A stretch of DNA of 64,000 nucleotides. Source: an uncultured Gemmatimonadales bacterium. GTDB taxonomy: Bacteria > Gemmatimonadota > Gemmatimonadetes > Longimicrobiales > Longimicrobiaceae. The position numbers and the translations under genes are program-made. Positions 47,301-56,851 of this stretch are shown piece after piece (position 1 is the first letter of the stretch; every line of letters starts with the position of its first letter). Below the pieces are notes generated by a model, which was not told the origin of the DNA, ran no database searches, and was given only the letters and a program-made list of their open reading frames with translations. The stretch lies in the NCBI GenBank assembly GCA_963716255.1, contig OY970303.1, forward strand, positions 3,616,001 to 3,680,000, written 5' to 3'.

Positions 47301-47639
47301 AGCGGGTCGACCTCGAGTGGCCGATCCACCGCGACCCTCTCCTCTGTGATTTTCCGCGATGAGGTTGCGGGACTGATCGCTCGCCTCAGGTCCGTAAAGG
47401 TCACCTAGCTGGGTCAACGTGCCCGGAAGCTGACTCGTACCCCTGTCGCTGGGCCGAATTCGACCGTTGTCGCCCGATCGGAGCTGTCTGCGCCGTACCT
47501 AAACGCTCCGGCAACGGACTACTGCTGCTCTGTCGCACCCGGATACCTTCATTCCCGGATGGACACTCGCTCCCGTATACCGGTGATCTCATCAGGGCTG
47601 TCGGCACTTGCAACGACCTTCACGAACCTGGATCATCCG

Positions 47640-48092
47640 ATGAACGAACTTCTCTCCGACATCCGCTCTCCAGGGTGGTGGGTAGGCGTAGTGATAACGG
47701 GGATAATGACAAGTCTCGTAGCCTCCTACTTGAAGCCCAAGTTGGATCGAGTTGGCTCGCTTGCCTCGGACCGCTGGGCGCAGCGAACTGAACGCCGGAG
47801 GCTCGCTTTCGCTAATCGGGTGGATCGGGTCGGGCATGATCCTCAAGAACAGCTGCTTTTGGCCATCAATATCGTGAGAAAGCTAATCCTGGGCTTCGCC
47901 TTCGCCGGTGCGGGATTTCTTATCTTGCTTCTGGTTTCAACCACAACGTCGATTCCATTGACGATGAGTGCAATCAGCTATTTCACGGGCGCCGTCGCGG
48001 TTATAACCGGGGGGCAGCATCTCTTCCATACCGTGTCATTCCTCTCGGTACTGAGAAAGGGCATCGGCGAACGGCCTCCCCAGTACTGGTGA
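47640..48092 (+). CDS. Hypothetical three-TM membrane protein
   Basis: MNELLSDIRSPGWWVGVVITGI...; AT-richer sequence than the backbone. Confidence 0.6.
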   Translation: MNELLSDIRSPGWWVGVVITGIMTSLVASYLKPKLDRVGSLASDRWAQRTERRRLAFANRVDRVGHDPQEQLLLAINIVRKLILGFAFAGAGFLILLLVSTTTSIPLTMSAISYFTGAVAVITGGQHLFHTVSFLSVLRKGIGERPPQYW

Positions 48093-48345
48093 GAGATTCC
48101 ACTCTCGACGGTGCGTCGATTTCAGTCGGAAACCTGGGCCGACCAGAACGGCTCGCCGCGCGTTGACCATGTTGGAGGGCTGAGGAGAGGGGGTGGTCGG
48201 GCATTCCCCTTTCGCAGAAATGAACCGCGCGAGCGGCTTGTCGCGCCTTTCGGCCACTTGCGCTTCATGCCCTCCCCGCCTGAGTTTGGGGTATCGAGCG
48301 CGACACAAGTCGTGCCAATCGTCAAATCTCAACGTTCGCAAACGA

Positions 48346-49077
48346 GTGGCTATCCCGCCGTCCCTCGATTTCGACAAGATCGCCCGGCCGGCGCTGGTCG
48401 ACACGTATGAAGCTCTTCGTGGGTGGCTGGGCGGACATCCACGTGACGAGACCGCGTTTCTAAATCGCCTCACGGAGAAGCTGAACCGCCCACGCCGAAA
48501 ATGTGACGTCGGCTCGGCCGCTCCGATGCAAGTGGAAACCTCGCTCTCCATGTTGCACCGACGAGGACCCCGCCAAACGGACAAGTATGGATGTGACCTG
48601 GCCGTAACACTGCGGGTTGAACCTGGGACATTCCAAAAAACAGCCCTCTTCCAGTTCAAGCGAAGTGCAGATTTTTCCGTTCTGGTGGAACGCGCACAGT
48701 TGGATGAGGCGCTCAGAGACCCCAGGCTTGGGTCGCGCGCGTTCGTCCTTGCGCTCGAGGAGGTGAGGCAGGCACTTCGAATCGAGGCGGCGGTGACACT
48801 GAGACCGGCTTTCTCCGGGCAGGCGCAGCGTACGTTTAACGCTTTGGACTGGCGAAGCGCGGCTGAGTGGCTTTACGGCTGGCTGCGGTGTGACATCGGA
48901 CCGAGCAGCATTGGTTCCGCAGGCGACGGTGTGGAAAGTCTGCTTCAGGAGTTCGTCGTGGAGCCACCGGAAATCACGCTTTTCGACGATATCCCAGCAG
49001 GTCCGTCAAACGATCTCGACATCGTTCCCGCGCGTGCCTGGTTGCAGATCCTCGTGACGCCGAGCGAGCCCCGCTGA
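48346..49077 (+). CDS. Hypothetical protein, possible PD-(D/E)XK-fold variant
   Basis: DETAFL...DKYGCDLAV...KTALFQFK resembles the E...G.D...QxK nuclease pattern; start uncertain (GTG 48346 or upstream). Confidence 0.55.
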   Translation: MAIPPSLDFDKIARPALVDTYEALRGWLGGHPRDETAFLNRLTEKLNRPRRKCDVGSAAPMQVETSLSMLHRRGPRQTDKYGCDLAVTLRVEPGTFQKTALFQFKRSADFSVLVERAQLDEALRDPRLGSRAFVLALEEVRQALRIEAAVTLRPAFSGQAQRTFNALDWRSAAEWLYGWLRCDIGPSSIGSAGDGVESLLQEFVVEPPEITLFDDIPAGPSNDLDIVPARAWLQILVTPSEPR

Positions 49078-49123
49078 TTGCTGACTGATGAGGAACTGAG
49101 ACTTACGAGATGGGCCACGCCAT

Positions 49124-49825
49124 TCACCCCGTCTCCGCCCGCAGCTCCTCCAGCGCCACCACCCGGCCGCCCCGCGCCCAGCGCTCCAGCGTGGCGGCCT
49201 CGTCCTCCAGCCCCAGCCCCCAGGTGGCGTCGCGCACCGCGACCGTGCTGTAGCCGCGCTCCCGCATCCCATCCACCGCCTGCGTCACGCACACGTCGCG
49301 CGCGACGCCCGCCACCACGATCTCCAGCGGCTCGCCCAGGAGCACGCGCAGCTCGTCCAGCAGCGCCTCCGCGCCGGGGTTCCCCTCGAACACGCTGAAG
49401 CGCTCCTTGTGGACGAACACCGGGCGGCGCCCGCGCACGGCGGTCCGCGCCACCTCGCGCGCCTGCTCCGGCGTGGCGCCGCGGGGAAGGACCACCGGGT
49501 CGTCCGGGGCGACGGATTCCAGGATGGCGGCTCCGCGGCGCTCCTCCGGGTCGTCCGACAGGCCCATGCAGTGGGGCGGGTAGGTGCCCCGCGCGGCATC
49601 GGGAGCGACGGCGTCGATCTCCGCGTCGTCCGCGGCGTGCCAGTCGCCGGTGAACACCAGCACGTCGCAGTGCGCGCGCATCCACGCCACCGCCTGCTCG
49701 ATGCGCTCCCGCGCCCGCGCCGCCCCCGCGTCCGATGCGTCGAACAGGTCGTGGACGTAGAGCCGGCCGTCCGGGAGCATGAAGTCGTTCTGCACGTCCA
49801 CGACCCAGCCGATTCTCGCGCTCAT
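49124..49825 (-). CDS. pncA: Nicotinamidase / isochorismatase-family cysteine hydrolase
   Basis: VVDVQNDF, DWH, PPHC, K..FSVF, GVARDVCV; ATGA overlap with upstream pncB. Confidence 0.82.
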   Translation of the reverse strand: MSARIGWVVDVQNDFMLPDGRLYVHDLFDASDAGAARARERIEQAVAWMRAHCDVLVFTGDWHAADDAEIDAVAPDAARGTYPPHCMGLSDDPEERRGAAILESVAPDDPVVLPRGATPEQAREVARTAVRGRRPVFVHKERFSVFEGNPGAEALLDELRVLLGEPLEIVVAGVARDVCVTQAVDGMRERGYSTVAVRDATWGLGLEDEAATLERWARGGRVVALEELRAETG

Positions 49826-51012
49826 CCGCCGATCTCCTCCCAGTCCAGGCGCACCAGGCGCGGGTTGGGACGGAGGCCGCGGCCGGTCTTGGCCTGCGGG
49901 GCGCCGTCCACCTCCACCACGTCCGCCGTGAAGTCGAAGCCGGTGAGGAGCCCGCCGGTGCCGGGGTTGTGGCCCAGCAGGCTGCTCCCCACCCCGTACG
50001 CCGCCACCGGGATGCCGGCCTCCTCGAAGGCGCGGATGCGCGCCGGGGTGAAGCCGCCGCTCACCACGATCCCCACGTACCCGAAGCCCTCCGCGTCCAG
50101 CGCCGCGCGCATCTTCCGCACGAGCCAGGCGTTGACGCCGGTGAGCCGCTCGCGCCCCCACAGCTCCGGGTCGCCGATGAGCGACTGGTCGATCAGGCGC
50201 TCGCTGGTGTCCACCCGCACCGACGAGAGCACCCCGTCGCCGAACGCGTCGCGCATGGCGCGGGCGACCCGCACCGCGTCCGTCACCGAGTCGTTGCGGT
50301 AGTCCACCAGGCTGGCGATGCTCACGTCCGGCTCGCAGTCGCGCACGTAGCGCGCGAAGGCCAGCGTGGCCGCCACCACGTCGCCGCCGAAGGCGGCGAT
50401 CATGGCGTGCGGCATGGTCCCGATCCCCCGCGTCCCCCACCACGCCCCGCCCGCGTCGCTGGACACGCTCCGCGCGCCGCCCACCTGCGCGGCGTAGCCG
50501 TCCGGCGTCTGCACGCGCCAGTCGTCGTGGCGCGGCGCCATGAAGATCACCGGCTTCCCCCCCGCGGCGTCGATGGCGGCGCGCACGTTGGTGGCCACCA
50601 GCGAGCGGCGCGCCAGCACTCCCAGCAGCGGCGTCTCCAGGTGCCCGAAGGCGCGGTACGGCCCGCGGACGTGCATCACCGGCTCCCAGGGCTCCACCCG
50701 GTCGCCCTCCAGCAGCGTGTCCACCTGGAGGTCGGTGTGCGAGTACCCCTCGGCCACCTGGGTCTGGAGGAGGCGCACGGCCTCGTACAGCCCTGCGGCG
50801 ATGCCGGTTTCCTTGGCGAACACCTGCACGGTGACGCGCGGGTCGCACCCGGCGTGGGCCAGCGTGTTGACGGTGCGCAGGAAGTAGCGGTCGGAGAGCC
50901 ACCCCTCGCGCATGCGCGCGTCGAACTGGAAGAGGGCGGGAGGGGAGCGCCGGAGCGTGGCGTGCAGCCGCGCCGCGCGGCCGGCGTCGTCGTCGGGCGG
51001 AGTCCGGGTCAT
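49822..51012 (-). CDS. pncB: Nicotinate phosphoribosyltransferase
   Basis: SDRYF, LETPLLG, GTMPH phospho-His motif, LVDY.ND, VRVDTS, IVVSGGF, YGVGS. Confidence 0.85.
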   Translation of the reverse strand: MTRTPPDDDAGRAARLHATLRRSPPALFQFDARMREGWLSDRYFLRTVNTLAHAGCDPRVTVQVFAKETGIAAGLYEAVRLLQTQVAEGYSHTDLQVDTLLEGDRVEPWEPVMHVRGPYRAFGHLETPLLGVLARRSLVATNVRAAIDAAGGKPVIFMAPRHDDWRVQTPDGYAAQVGGARSVSSDAGGAWWGTRGIGTMPHAMIAAFGGDVVAATLAFARYVRDCEPDVSIASLVDYRNDSVTDAVRVARAMRDAFGDGVLSSVRVDTSERLIDQSLIGDPELWGRERLTGVNAWLVRKMRAALDAEGFGYVGIVVSGGFTPARIRAFEEAGIPVAAYGVGSSLLGHNPGTGGLLTGFDFTADVVEVDGAPQAKTGRGLRPNPRLVRLDWEEIGG

Positions 51013-51123
51013 GGGTGCCGGGTCTCGGGGGAGCGGGGTGACTGCCGGGGTAGGAACGTACGGGCGCCGGGCGCGGGCCACAATCGGCGGCCTTCAGGGC
51101 TCCGGCTCGCCGCGGGACATCGC

Positions 51124-51819
51124 CTACTCCCCCGCGATCGCCTCCCAGACGCGCTCCGTGTCCGCCAGGTCGGCGAACAGGTGGTCGGGGGCGCAGGCGG
51201 CGAGCTCGTCCTCGCCGTGGCCGCCGGTGGCGACGGCGATGGTGCGCACGCCCAGGTGCTCGCCGCACGCGATGTCGAACGGGGTGTCGCCCACGATGAC
51301 GATCTCCTTGCCGCGGTACCGGTGCCCGGTCAGCGCCTCGGCGCGGGACACCGCGACCGCGGGCAGCTCCGGGCGGTCGGCGTGGTCGGAGCCGTAGGCG
51401 CCCACGCGGAAGCGGCGGAAGCCCAGGCCCGCGCGCTCCAGCTTGAGGCGGGCTCCGTCCCGCACGTTGCCGGTGAGCAGCCCCAGCACCACGCCGTTGC
51501 CGGCGGCCTCCACCCGGTCCACCAGCGCGCGCACGCCGGGGAGGACCCGCACCTCCGCCGTGGCGATCTCCCGCTCGAAGTGGCGCAGGTACACCTCCCA
51601 GAGCGCGTCCATCCCCGCGTCGATGCGCCCGGCCTCCACGCCGTCCGCGGCGAGCAGCTCCCGGGCGATCTGCGGGTCCGTGCGCCCGGCGAAGGAGTAG
51701 CCGTCGATGGGCCCGGGGGTGCCGAAGGTCTCCACCAGGGCGTCGCGGAAGGCGCGCTTCCCCGATCCGCCGGCGGAAAGGAGGGTGCCGTCGATGTCGA
51801 ACAGGACCAGTCTGCGCAT
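51124..51819 (-). CDS. HAD family hydrolase
   Basis: LFDIDGTL motif I, LLTGN, IVGDTPFDI. Confidence 0.92.
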   Translation of the reverse strand: MRRLVLFDIDGTLLSAGGSGKRAFRDALVETFGTPGPIDGYSFAGRTDPQIARELLAADGVEAGRIDAGMDALWEVYLRHFEREIATAEVRVLPGVRALVDRVEAAGNGVVLGLLTGNVRDGARLKLERAGLGFRRFRVGAYGSDHADRPELPAVAVSRAEALTGHRYRGKEIVIVGDTPFDIACGEHLGVRTIAVATGGHGEDELAACAPDHLFADLADTERVWEAIAGE

Positions 51820-51943
51820 GTCGTCGTCGTCCCGGGGTGTGCCGCGCCCGGTGGGGCAGGGGAGCGGGCGGGGAAGCAAATCCCGCTCCGCTCCGCGGCG
51901 GCCGGCGGCGCGTGCATGGAAGCGGAATGTTGGGGGATGGACG

Positions 51944-51984
51944 AAAAGCGACGGCCCGCTCGCCTGGCGAGCGGGCCGTCGCTT
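51944..51984 (-). terminator. Rho-independent terminator after the PEP-CTERM gene
   Basis: AAGCGACGGCCCGCTCGCC-T-GGCGAGCGGGCCGTCGCTT, ending in TTTT on the minus strand. Confidence 0.75.
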
Positions 51985-51994
51985 CCGGGATGGA

Positions 51995-52813
51995 TCAGTG
52001 GTCGTCCCGCCTGCGCCGTCGCCTTGCCGCCGCGACCCCGGCGAGCCCCGTCCCCAGGAGCGCCATGCTCACCGGCTCGGGAACTGTGGTGTCCACGGCG
52101 GAGAAGCTGGCCGTGAAAGCAAGGTCTCCCTCGATGCCGTAATAGCTGGTGTATGGGAGGCCCTGGAGGTTCGGAAGGTCGAGGAAAATGTCCGGGGTCC
52201 CCGCCCCGTCGAGGTACCGCGATTCTCCGTACACCCAGTACCCGTCGGGGTAACCTCCGCCCGGGACCCACGGGTAGATGCCCCGCACTACGTTCGCCGC
52301 GACGCCCACCGTGCCGTTCTGGTGCAGCGACTTCGCCGGGGTCTCGACGGCGCTGAGCATCGCGAGGTACATCTGCGCCGGATCGAGGACGAGCCCTCCC
52401 GTGTCGAAGGCGTACTCGGTCCAGCCGCCGCCGTCGTCCGGGTTCGCGTAGCCGGACGGGTCGCTGGCCCCGGAGCGCGTGGCGCTGGACCAGATCGGCA
52501 GCCCGGTCGGGCGCAGGGCCGTGTGGTCCCAGGGCAGCACGTAGGCACGGAACTGCAAGTCCCCGGAATTGGGGAGTTTGCCGTTGGCGCTCAGAAAGAA
52601 CGAGAAGGTGTCGAGGATGGGCTTGCCGGCGGGCGCGACGAAGGTCTGCCCCGCGTTCGCGACGGTCCGATCGTCGCGCTGAACCTCCTCCACCAGCGGT
52701 CCGTAACTGAACGATCCGCCGAAGGCGCGCGTGTCGATGTCCTGCGCGGCCAGCGGGCCCGCGAGCGCAAGGGCGAGCGCGCCGGCGGCGGCGTGAAATG
52801 GCTGGAATCCCAT
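51995..52813 (-). CDS. PEP-CTERM sorting domain protein
   Basis: Signal peptide; C-terminus TVPEPVSMALLGTGLAGVAAARRRRRR. Confidence 0.92.
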   Translation of the reverse strand: MGFQPFHAAAGALALALAGPLAAQDIDTRAFGGSFSYGPLVEEVQRDDRTVANAGQTFVAPAGKPILDTFSFFLSANGKLPNSGDLQFRAYVLPWDHTALRPTGLPIWSSATRSGASDPSGYANPDDGGGWTEYAFDTGGLVLDPAQMYLAMLSAVETPAKSLHQNGTVGVAANVVRGIYPWVPGGGYPDGYWVYGESRYLDGAGTPDIFLDLPNLQGLPYTSYYGIEGDLAFTASFSAVDTTVPEPVSMALLGTGLAGVAAARRRRRRDDH

Positions 52814-53076
52814 GATCGTTTTTCTGCGTAGCCGGGATTGGAGGCGGCGCGCGGGAGCGTGCGCGGAACCGGGCGGGTGCAAGGACTGGCGCAACAACGA
52901 TGCCGTGCCGGTGCGGCACGCCATGCCCACAAGGACATCCTTTTGCTTGCAAGGATTTAAAAGATGTCCCCTCCCGGTCGGAGGCGTGCGCGGCCGCGGA
53001 GATGGTCCGTTGTGTAGGAAGGGAGCAACATGCACCCGCTACAGGTGCCGCGGCGGCGTGCGGCCCCCGCCGCGGT

Positions 53077-53502
53077 TCAGTTCCGGGCGTCGCCCTCCCG
53101 CGGCCCCACGCTGACGGTCATGCGGAAGCCGGGGAAGGGGACCGGCTCGCCGTCGCGGGTGGCGGGGGTGAAGCGGGCGCCGAGCAGCGCCTCCTCCACG
53201 GCGCGCGCCAGCTCGGGGGACGCCGGTCCGGGGCGAGCGAGCTCCCGCGTGCTCCCGTCCGCATCCACCCCGATGGCGCGGACCACCACACCGGGCGTGG
53301 GGGGCGGCGGGTCCACGACCCTCGCGACGGTGGTGACCCCCCCGGCGTCGATGTCCAGGTCCACCAGGACGGCGCCGCGGGGGAACCCCGCCGTCGCGCT
53401 CTCCAGCCGGTCGGACACCTCGCGCGGGCCGGCGGGCCGGGGCACGGTGTCCACGCCGAACATCCGGCGGACCATCTCCCGGTCGAAGGGCTGGAACTTC
53501 AT
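53077..53502 (-). CDS. TonB C-terminal-like domain protein
   Basis: GAVLVDLDIDAGGVT...LARAVEEALLGARFTPATRDGEPV. Confidence 0.6.
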   Translation of the reverse strand: MKFQPFDREMVRRMFGVDTVPRPAGPREVSDRLESATAGFPRGAVLVDLDIDAGGVTTVARVVDPPPPTPGVVVRAIGVDADGSTRELARPGPASPELARAVEEALLGARFTPATRDGEPVPFPGFRMTVSVGPREGDARN

Positions 53503-53543
53503 GGGGCTCCGTTCCGGTTCGGGGTGTGGGTGCGCGGGGCTGA

Positions 53544-54242
53544 TCAGTAGCGCCGCAGCTCGCCGGGGACGGGCTCGTCGCGGATCCTGAGCCACTCCTC
53601 CATCTGCTGCTCCAGGTACAGTGGCACGTCGGGGGAGTCCAGCCCGGACACGATCTTCCTCCGCTCGCCGTCGCTCATCACCGCCTTGAGGTGGTAGCTG
53701 TAGCTGGGGCCGTTCTTGCCGCGCGACACCTGCTCCTCGCAGTAGAGCTGGCGGAAGCGGCCGGTGTCCACGTCCAGCTTCCCCGGCCAGGGGAGCGGCC
53801 CGTGGCGGACGCTCAGGTACCCGCGGTCCAGCGTCACCGTGGTGGTGTTCACGAAGCCGGCGATCGTGTAGTAGGTCAGCGCGGCGCCCACGGTCACGTG
53901 GATGAGGGGGAACAGCTTGAAGACGAGCGGCGCGTCGCCGGCGATGGCCATGGTGTACCAGAACACCAGGAACCCGTCCCAGAACACGCAGAACAGGACC
54001 AGGAACAGGAACTTGGGCGAGAACCAGCGGTGCCGGAAGGTGACCCGGCCGCCCGCGGTCTCCTGCGCGACGGACCTGGGAGCCTTCATCCGCTCGCGGG
54101 GCCGCGCGCCGCCCACCGCCAGCACGGGGTCGTCGTCGAAGCGGAAGACGGCGTTGCAGGCGCGGCACTTGGCCAGCCCGTTGTCCAGGTTGACGTCGTC
54201 GGCGGCGATGGGGGACCGGCAGGACTTGCAGGTGAGGTACAT
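53544..54242 (-). CDS. Membrane protein with N-terminal zinc ribbon
   Basis: CKSC...CRAC, two TM helices (FCVFWDGFLVFWY; FPLIHVTVG), C-terminal PH-like beta region. Confidence 0.8.
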   Translation of the reverse strand: MYLTCKSCRSPIAADDVNLDNGLAKCRACNAVFRFDDDPVLAVGGARPRERMKAPRSVAQETAGGRVTFRHRWFSPKFLFLVLFCVFWDGFLVFWYTMAIAGDAPLVFKLFPLIHVTVGAALTYYTIAGFVNTTTVTLDRGYLSVRHGPLPWPGKLDVDTGRFRQLYCEEQVSRGKNGPSYSYHLKAVMSDGERRKIVSGLDSPDVPLYLEQQMEEWLRIRDEPVPGELRRY

Positions 54243-54348
54243 GGGAGTCGGTGTGCGGAGGGTTGCTGCGGGGCGTCACGGGGGCAAGTTCATCGCGGGC
54301 GCGCGGGCACGCAAGGACCTCCGGCACGGGCGGACGCGGGCGGGGACG

Positions 54349-54642
54349 TCACCCGCCCCTGCGCGAGCCCACCGCGGCGCCGATGGCGGCGCCCAGCAGC
54401 GCCCCCGCGGCGAGGGACCCGAACACCGCGGCCTCGCGCCAGGCGGAGCCACCCGTCCACACGACCGGCGGGAGCAGCATCGCCCGGAGCGCGGCGGCCA
54501 TCCCCAGCGTGTGCCCCGCCACCCCGCCCCAGAAGGCGCCCCGCGCGGCGCCGCCACGCCGCCGCCGCCGGCCGCCCAGCCGCAGGAGCGCCGCGGGGGC
54601 GGCGAAGAGCCCCGCCAGGAGCGCGATCTGCGCCGCGGTCAC
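54349..54642 (-). CDS. Small three-TM membrane protein
   Basis: GTG start overlapping upstream stop (GTGA); VTAAQIALLAGLF...GAFWGGVAGH. Confidence 0.6.
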   Translation of the reverse strand: MTAAQIALLAGLFAAPAALLRLGGRRRRRGGAARGAFWGGVAGHTLGMAAALRAMLLPPVVWTGGSAWREAAVFGSLAAGALLGAAIGAAVGSRRGG

Positions 54643-55193
54643 GGGCGGCTCTTTGGATAGAGCCAGAGCCAGTAGCCGCTGACCAGCGCGAGCACCAGCG
54701 CCACGGCCGCCGCGTCGCTCAGCAGCACCCATCCGTCGCCGAAGATCTCGCCGGAGTGGAGTTTTTCCAGGAACACGTCGCTGCGCGCGCCCACGTGCAC
54801 CACCCGCCCGCTCGCCAGGTCCACCGTCGCTTCCGTCACCTCGCGGTCGTCGAAGCGCACCTTGACCAGCCCGTCGCCGGGGCGCACGTCCATGCGGTCG
54901 ATCCCCGCCGCGGCGACCGCGGGCCCCACCGCCTCGCCGGCGCGCCGCGCCAGCTCGGGGAGCGGGCGCGCGGACTCGAACGCGCCGCTCGCCCGGTGCG
55001 GCGGATCGGGCATCAGCCCCAGCGGACGCTTGTGGTTGAGCAGGATTCCCGTGGCGCAGACGAGCAGCAGCACGCCCGTGGCCAGCACCCCCATCCACAG
55101 GTGCAGGTCGAACATGAGGCGGGCGAGGGCGCGGCTGCGCGCTCGCCGCGGCGCTCGGGCGGCGGGGGAGGTGTGCTCGCGCGTGGGGTGCAT
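54639..55193 (-). CDS. PepSY-associated TM helix domain protein
   Basis: LHLWMG...TGILLNHK...FLEKLHSG...VSGYWLWLYP. Confidence 0.85.
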   Translation of the reverse strand: MHPTREHTSPAARAPRRARSRALARLMFDLHLWMGVLATGVLLLVCATGILLNHKRPLGLMPDPPHRASGAFESARPLPELARRAGEAVGPAVAAAGIDRMDVRPGDGLVKVRFDDREVTEATVDLASGRVVHVGARSDVFLEKLHSGEIFGDGWVLLSDAAAVALVLALVSGYWLWLYPKSRP

Positions 55194-55282
55194 GGGCCGG
55201 GGGAGCGGGTGGGGAGCGGGGCGGCTTCCCCAACGGTGGCGCGGCGGGGCGAGCGGGGCAAGTGGAGGGTGGGGGGGCTCGC

Positions 55283-56047
55283 TCAGGCGGTGGCCGGCAG
55301 CGTCTTGAGCTCGCGCTCGGCGGTGGCGATCCACTCCTTCTCGGTGCGGCGGAAGGCGCGGGTGCCCAGCCGGGCGTCGCGCAGGATGGCCTCGAACGTG
55401 GCGCGCGCCTCGGCCTCGCGTCCCAGGCGCCGGAGGAGCAGGGCGTACCGGCAGCGCGCCTCCTCCCCGGCGGCCACCCGGGAAAGCATCTCGTACTCCG
55501 CCAGCGCGGCGGACGTTTCCCCCGCGTCCTCCAGCATGCGCGCGTTCAGCAGCCGCAGCGCGGGCGTGAGGTGCCCTGGGCGCTGCACCAGCGAGCGCAT
55601 GATCTCGCCGGCCTCGGCGAGCTCCCCGTTCTCGTACAGCACGGCGCACAGCTCGGCCAGCACCTGTGGGTCGTCGTGGTACAATCCCTGGAGGCACTCG
55701 CGGTAGGTGGCGATGGCCTCGGCGGGCATGCCGGCGCGGCGGTAGGCCCGGGCCAGCTCCACCCGGTTGGCGACGGTGCCGGCGTGGGCCACCCGGTCGC
55801 GGAGCTGCCGGACCTCGCGCATGGGGTCGATGCGCCGCCGCACGCCACTTCCCACGGCGCGCAGGTGCCGCCCGGCGCGCAGCTCCGGCCACACGCCCAC
55901 GAAGAAGTAGACCAGGCTTCCCACCAGGGGGAAGAAGACGATCAGCAGGATCCAGCCGGCGCGCCCGGTGCGAAACGCGTGGACCGCCAGGACCACCTGG
56001 AGGGCGATGGTGAGGGCGGGGAGGAGCCAGGTGAGGATGCTGAGCAT
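55283..56047 (-). CDS. Membrane-anchored TPR protein
   Basis: VHAFRTGR..WILLIVFFPLVGSLVYFF N-terminal hairpin followed by TPR-like helices. Confidence 0.8.
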   Translation of the reverse strand: MLSILTWLLPALTIALQVVLAVHAFRTGRAGWILLIVFFPLVGSLVYFFVGVWPELRAGRHLRAVGSGVRRRIDPMREVRQLRDRVAHAGTVANRVELARAYRRAGMPAEAIATYRECLQGLYHDDPQVLAELCAVLYENGELAEAGEIMRSLVQRPGHLTPALRLLNARMLEDAGETSAALAEYEMLSRVAAGEEARCRYALLLRRLGREAEARATFEAILRDARLGTRAFRRTEKEWIATAERELKTLPATA

Positions 56048-56112
56048 GGGACCCGACGGGTGGACGGGTGGAGCGGGGGCGCGGCGGCGCCGTTGCTGGA
56101 ATCGCGGACCGG

Positions 56113-56583
56113 CTAGAGGGGGAGGTGCATTGCGGCCGCGCTCGCCGGGCAGGCGCCGCGCAGCTCCTCGGAGCCCGCCAGCTCCGCCGGCAGCCCGTCC
56201 CTCGCCACGGGCCGGAAGCCCAGGCGCGGGAAGAAGCCCTCCGCGGTGGTGGTGAGCAGGTACAGCTCCGCCAGCCCCTCCGCCCGGGCGAGCGCCACGG
56301 CGGCGTGGACCAGCTCCTGCCCCAGCCCGGTCCCCCGCCGGCCGGCGCGCACGGCGACGGAGCGCAGCAGCCCCACCCGCCCGTGCGTCTCCACCCCCGC
56401 GGTACCGGCGAGCGAGCCGTCCGCCGGGTCCCGCGCGACGAGGAAGCCCCGGGGAAAGGGGTCGGCGACCCCCGCGGCCGGGAGCCCGGCCGCGGCGAGG
56501 AGCGCGAGCACGTCGTGCAGGTCCTCCGCACGCGCGGCGACCACCGGCGGCGAGGTGTCGTCGGCCCCGCTCACTGCATGCAT
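56113..56583 (-). CDS. arsN2: GNAT N-acetyltransferase, ArsN2-like
   Basis: LLRSVAV...RGTGLG, LYLLTTTAEGFFPRLGF, C-terminal CPASA motif. Confidence 0.8.
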   Translation of the reverse strand: MHAVSGADDTSPPVVAARAEDLHDVLALLAAAGLPAAGVADPFPRGFLVARDPADGSLAGTAGVETHGRVGLLRSVAVRAGRRGTGLGQELVHAAVALARAEGLAELYLLTTTAEGFFPRLGFRPVARDGLPAELAGSEELRGACPASAAAMHLPL

Positions 56584-56705
56584 GGGGGTTCCCGGGTGAG
56601 TGAGTTGTCCATCGCGAAGCCGCGGCAGGACCGCCTTTTTCTCGTGCGTCGTCAGACGCCGAGCTGGCGTCCGCGGGCCCCCACCCGGCGGCCTGAGAGC
56701 CGCCA

Positions 56706-56851
56706 CCCTCCCCCAATTCTGGGGGAGGGCTTCCTGAGCTTCGGGATGGTCGTGCCGTGCTCCCCCTTGCGGGGGAGGGGCCAGCGGACGCCAGCGAGAG
56801 CCCCGCGTGAGGGATTTCGGCCCGAAGGGGCGAGACCCGACAGCAGTATCG
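56706..56851 (+). repeat. Structured intergenic repeat, copy 3, left part (interrupted by IS)
   Basis: CTCCCCC..GGGGGAGGG hairpins then CCGCGTGAGGGATTTCGGCCCGAAGGGGCGAGACCCGA, matching copies 1 and 2. Confidence 0.85.

Noticed and set aside
49124..51012. pncB-pncA as an anti-defence NAD-reconstitution module
   Set aside because: Host-like codon usage and no phage context; ordinary NAD salvage explains it
56113..56583. Arsenic-resistance operon around arsN2
   Set aside because: No arsR/arsC/acr3 genes nearby; isolated GNAT
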